A DNA stretch of 35,737 nucleotides from a virus (lineage: Duplodnaviria; Caudoviricetes): positions 1 through 35,737 of IMG/VR virus record IMGVR_UViG_3300037465_000254; one strand, given 5' to 3'. The position numbers and the translations under genes are program-made. Position 1 is the stretch's first letter, and each line of letters starts with the position of its first letter. Below are positions 33,586 to 35,737 of this stretch, piece after piece. Below the pieces are notes generated by a model. It worked only from the letters and a program-made list of their open reading frames with translations, was not told the origin of the DNA and did not search any database.

Positions 33586-34026
33586 TCAGCGACCGACGAT
33601 CGTGATCGGGAACCCATAGGCCGCCTCGAATAGACGCCGCTTCAGCCGGAACACGTCACTTTGCGCGCGCTCATCTCGTGGCTTGACGTCCTCCACGACC
33701 TGTTTGCCAGCGTCGTCGATGTACGTGAAGTCAGCTACGTACGTGCAGCCGTGAACGGGCTTCGCCTGCTGATTCATGACCGCGATTGCGTATCGACGCT
33801 GACGCTGGAGATTGGAGATTTTCCCGGCGCGCTCCATGAGCCGGAGCTCAGCGAACCGCAGAAACTCCACGCGAGAGTCGAAGTGCTCGAGGGCCTCGCT
33901 TCTGCACTCCGGGCACTGCCGCTGCTTCCCCTCATGGGTGTGCCATCCGCATGCGCAGGCCTGCACAGGGAGCCGCCGGTTATACCCCTCCGTCCGCGTA
34001 CGGAATTTCCGGCCGCACGTCTTCAC
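33586..34026 (-). CDS. DUF1064-family PD-(D/E)xK nuclease with an N-terminal Zn ribbon
   Basis: 'FDSRVE..RF.EL', 'YVADFTY', 'VVEDVK', 'FRLKRRLF'; CxC and CxxC motifs upstream. Confidence 0.85.
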   Translation of the reverse strand: MKTCGRKFRTRTEGYNRRLPVQACACGWHTHEGKQRQCPECRSEALEHFDSRVEFLRFAELRLMERAGKISNLQRQRRYAIAVMNQQAKPVHGCTYVADFTYIDDAGKQVVEDVKPRDERAQSDVFRLKRRLFEAAYGFPITIVGR

Positions 34027-35045
34027 GCCGCGTGGTCCCGTTCCATACGTTCCATCGCGCCGCGCAACTTGTCGCGAGCCTGGAACCTGTCGAGCCCGCG
34101 GATATCAATGCCGAGGTCCCGGCTGAGGTCGCTAAGGCCACGGTCGTCGCCGGGCGCCGGCAGGCGGTAGACCTTCCCGTTGATGCGGTAGCCGCCGTTC
34201 TGCAGCGGTGGTGATGCTGGCTTCGTGATTTCGTCGTCCCAGCGTTCCTGGCGGAGATACGTCGGAGGGTCCGGAACGAAGCCGCGTTTCCAGCGGTCGT
34301 CGTGTGCGATGCGGCGCTGGATGTCGGCGATGATCATCTCGACCTTCGAGTCGAGCTTCTTCCGCGTCCAGACCTCGTGCGCGGTTTTCTTTTTCACCTT
34401 GTTCGGGACGACGGACCAGTACCGGGCAAACGCAGTTTGCCCAGAGGATGGATCATGTTTTTCTCTGATCAGATCCCTCTCAGTTCCCTTAAGAGGGCTT
34501 TCCGTCCGTTTTCCAGCGGAAGCGGCGGACGTTCCGCCGGAAAATAGGTCAGGTTCCGGCGGAATGACCCCGCCGGCGCCCTGCGCACGCCACTGTTCGA
34601 ACGTCGGTATCGGGAGCGCCGGCTCCTTCGCCTCAAAGCGCCGCTTGTTCTCTTTCCGGAGGCGGTCACACTCCAGGCGGTACCGACGCTGCAGCTTCTG
34701 TTCCCATGCCTCGAGCGCCTTCTCGCAGACCACGGTGTGATAGAGGCGGCCGTCGCTGCATTTCACGAAGCCGTGCAGCGCACCTTCCCTGAACCGCAGC
34801 CACTCCTTGACGACGCGTCCGTAGCCGGCGAGCACCGCGAGCACGCGGTTGTCGTCTGGCAATGAGCCCGCGGGGACTTGGTGCCACGCCGCGCCCCAGA
34901 GGAGCACGGCGGCACGGAAAGCCTCCGGCTCCGTCAGCGCAGCGAGATCGCTGTCGCGGAGGCGGCGGACGTCGAGCGGCATGAACCGGAAGTCGGTGAG
35001 GTCGACCTCTGGCGGGACTAGCGGCGCCGGGAGCTCGGCCGTCAT
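34023..35045 (-). CDS. Replication initiator-like protein (DUF1376/YdaU family)
   Basis: 'FMPLDVRRLRDS', 'WHQVPAGSLPDD', 'CSDGRLYH', C-terminal 'PDPPTYLRQERWDDE'; start at the ATGA overlap at 35045. Confidence 0.85.
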   Translation of the reverse strand: MTAELPAPLVPPEVDLTDFRFMPLDVRRLRDSDLAALTEPEAFRAAVLLWGAAWHQVPAGSLPDDNRVLAVLAGYGRVVKEWLRFREGALHGFVKCSDGRLYHTVVCEKALEAWEQKLQRRYRLECDRLRKENKRRFEAKEPALPIPTFEQWRAQGAGGVIPPEPDLFSGGTSAASAGKRTESPLKGTERDLIREKHDPSSGQTAFARYWSVVPNKVKKKTAHEVWTRKKLDSKVEMIIADIQRRIAHDDRWKRGFVPDPPTYLRQERWDDEITKPASPPLQNGGYRINGKVYRLPAPGDDRGLSDLSRDLGIDIRGLDRFQARDKLRGAMERMERDHAA

Positions 35046-35458
35046 CGGTTGATCTCCGGGCCAGGGAGCCCGCGCACCTTTCGGCCGCGGACGCGGCGCC
35101 GGAAAAAGTCTCGATGCGGCGGGTTCATGAGCCCGAACAGCCGCGAGAGGTCCGGGGCCTTGTTGTTGTTGATCTTGAAATCCGGCTCCTGGCCGGTGGT
35201 CCGCGCCTCGCGCAGTGCCGTGCCCCATCGGATCGCGCCGACGATGTCCATCGGCCCGAAGTGCGGCGCGCCGGCGCGGATCAGGCGCAGCGCCATGCGC
35301 TCGAACCGGAGGTAGATGTGCCAGTTCGCGCGCAGCCACGGCGCGAAGTCGCGGCGGAAGTCGTCGCCGCCGGCGAAGACAAGCGCGTCGTCGAAACGCG
35401 TCCGATCCCACAGCCCGGGCTGCAACGTCGGCATCATCGTCGTGGTCGCCGCGAGCAT
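35042..35458 (-). CDS. Conserved-looking phage hypothetical protein
   Basis: 'WLRANWHIYLRFE', 'FKINNN..PDLSRLF'; coupled to neighbours at both ends. Confidence 0.72.
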   Translation of the reverse strand: MLAATTTMMPTLQPGLWDRTRFDDALVFAGGDDFRRDFAPWLRANWHIYLRFERMALRLIRAGAPHFGPMDIVGAIRWGTALREARTTGQEPDFKINNNKAPDLSRLFGLMNPPHRDFFRRRVRGRKVRGLPGPEINR

Positions 35459-35737
35459 CAGAGCACGGTAAGCCACGACGACGATGAGCGAATCCGGCCG
35501 CCGCGATCCCAGCAATACCAGGCGTATTCGGAGTTGTCGGCGCCATTGCCGGCCTTTGCCCCGTCCCTTTCCGGCTTCACGGCCGCGGCCCGGCTCTTCG
35601 TCGGCACCTGCCTCGGCTTCGCCGCCGCGGGCGCCGGCGGCGCGGCGCCGTTCGCCTTGCTGTAGACGACGCCACGGCCCCAGCCCTTACTGCTGACCTC
35701 GCCGTCGTCCTTCAGCTGTTTCAAGGTCGCGCAGACG
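35458..35737 (-). CDS. C-terminal part of a hypothetical protein with a winged-helix-like segment (partial)
   Basis: 'LKQLKDDGEVSSKGWGRGVVY'; the gene appears to begin beyond the window edge. Confidence 0.5.
   Translation of the reverse strand, partial: VCATLKQLKDDGEVSSKGWGRGVVYSKANGAAPPAPAAAKPRQVPTKSRAAAVKPERDGAKAGNGADNSEYAWYCWDRGGRIRSSSSWLTVL

Larger units (their letters stand above)
174..35737 (-). mobile_element. Lambda-like prophage (siphovirus type), partial; boundaries not determined
   Basis: Syntenic run of replication, lysis, terminase, gpW, portal, S49 protease, decoration, capsid, tail tube, chaperone, tape measure and tail tip genes, many joined by ATGA/GTGA/TGATG overlaps. Confidence 0.96.

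Noticed and set aside
1-35737. tRNA, rRNA or CRISPR array
   Set aside because: No such pattern was seen, and the intergenic gaps are short and otherwise explained.

Overview
This is a GC-rich window, most likely from a proteobacterium, and nearly all of it is a lambda-like (long non-contractile tail) prophage read on the minus strand. From right to left it holds replication and nin-like genes, an extended lysis cassette that includes an HtrA-type protease, a probable cos site, a ParB / SAM-methyltransferase-like / DUF5131 cluster, terminase, head and tail genes, accessory genes (cold-shock protein, lipoprotein), and a DNA methyltransferase that is frameshifted and cut by an IS256-family element at the left edge. 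No integrase, repressor or att site is visible, and the prophage continues past the right edge. The most striking observation is that the terminase large subunit has no ATG/GTG/TTG ahead of its gpA-like N-terminal 59 codons. Its frame is entered by a -1 shift at an A_AAA_AAG heptamer at the end of the small-subunit gene, with a stem-loop just downstream, which predicts a recoded TerS-TerL fusion; a homopolymer assembly error is not excluded. The tail chaperone gene uses an equal A9 run for the known G/GT frameshift. Other points of note are a Hint domain at the end of the tail-tip protein, an antisense ArdC cassette with its own promoter, operator and twin hairpins inside the head operon, and a CTTAG motif clustered at late-gene starts. 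All family calls come from motifs recognised by eye; no database searches were run.
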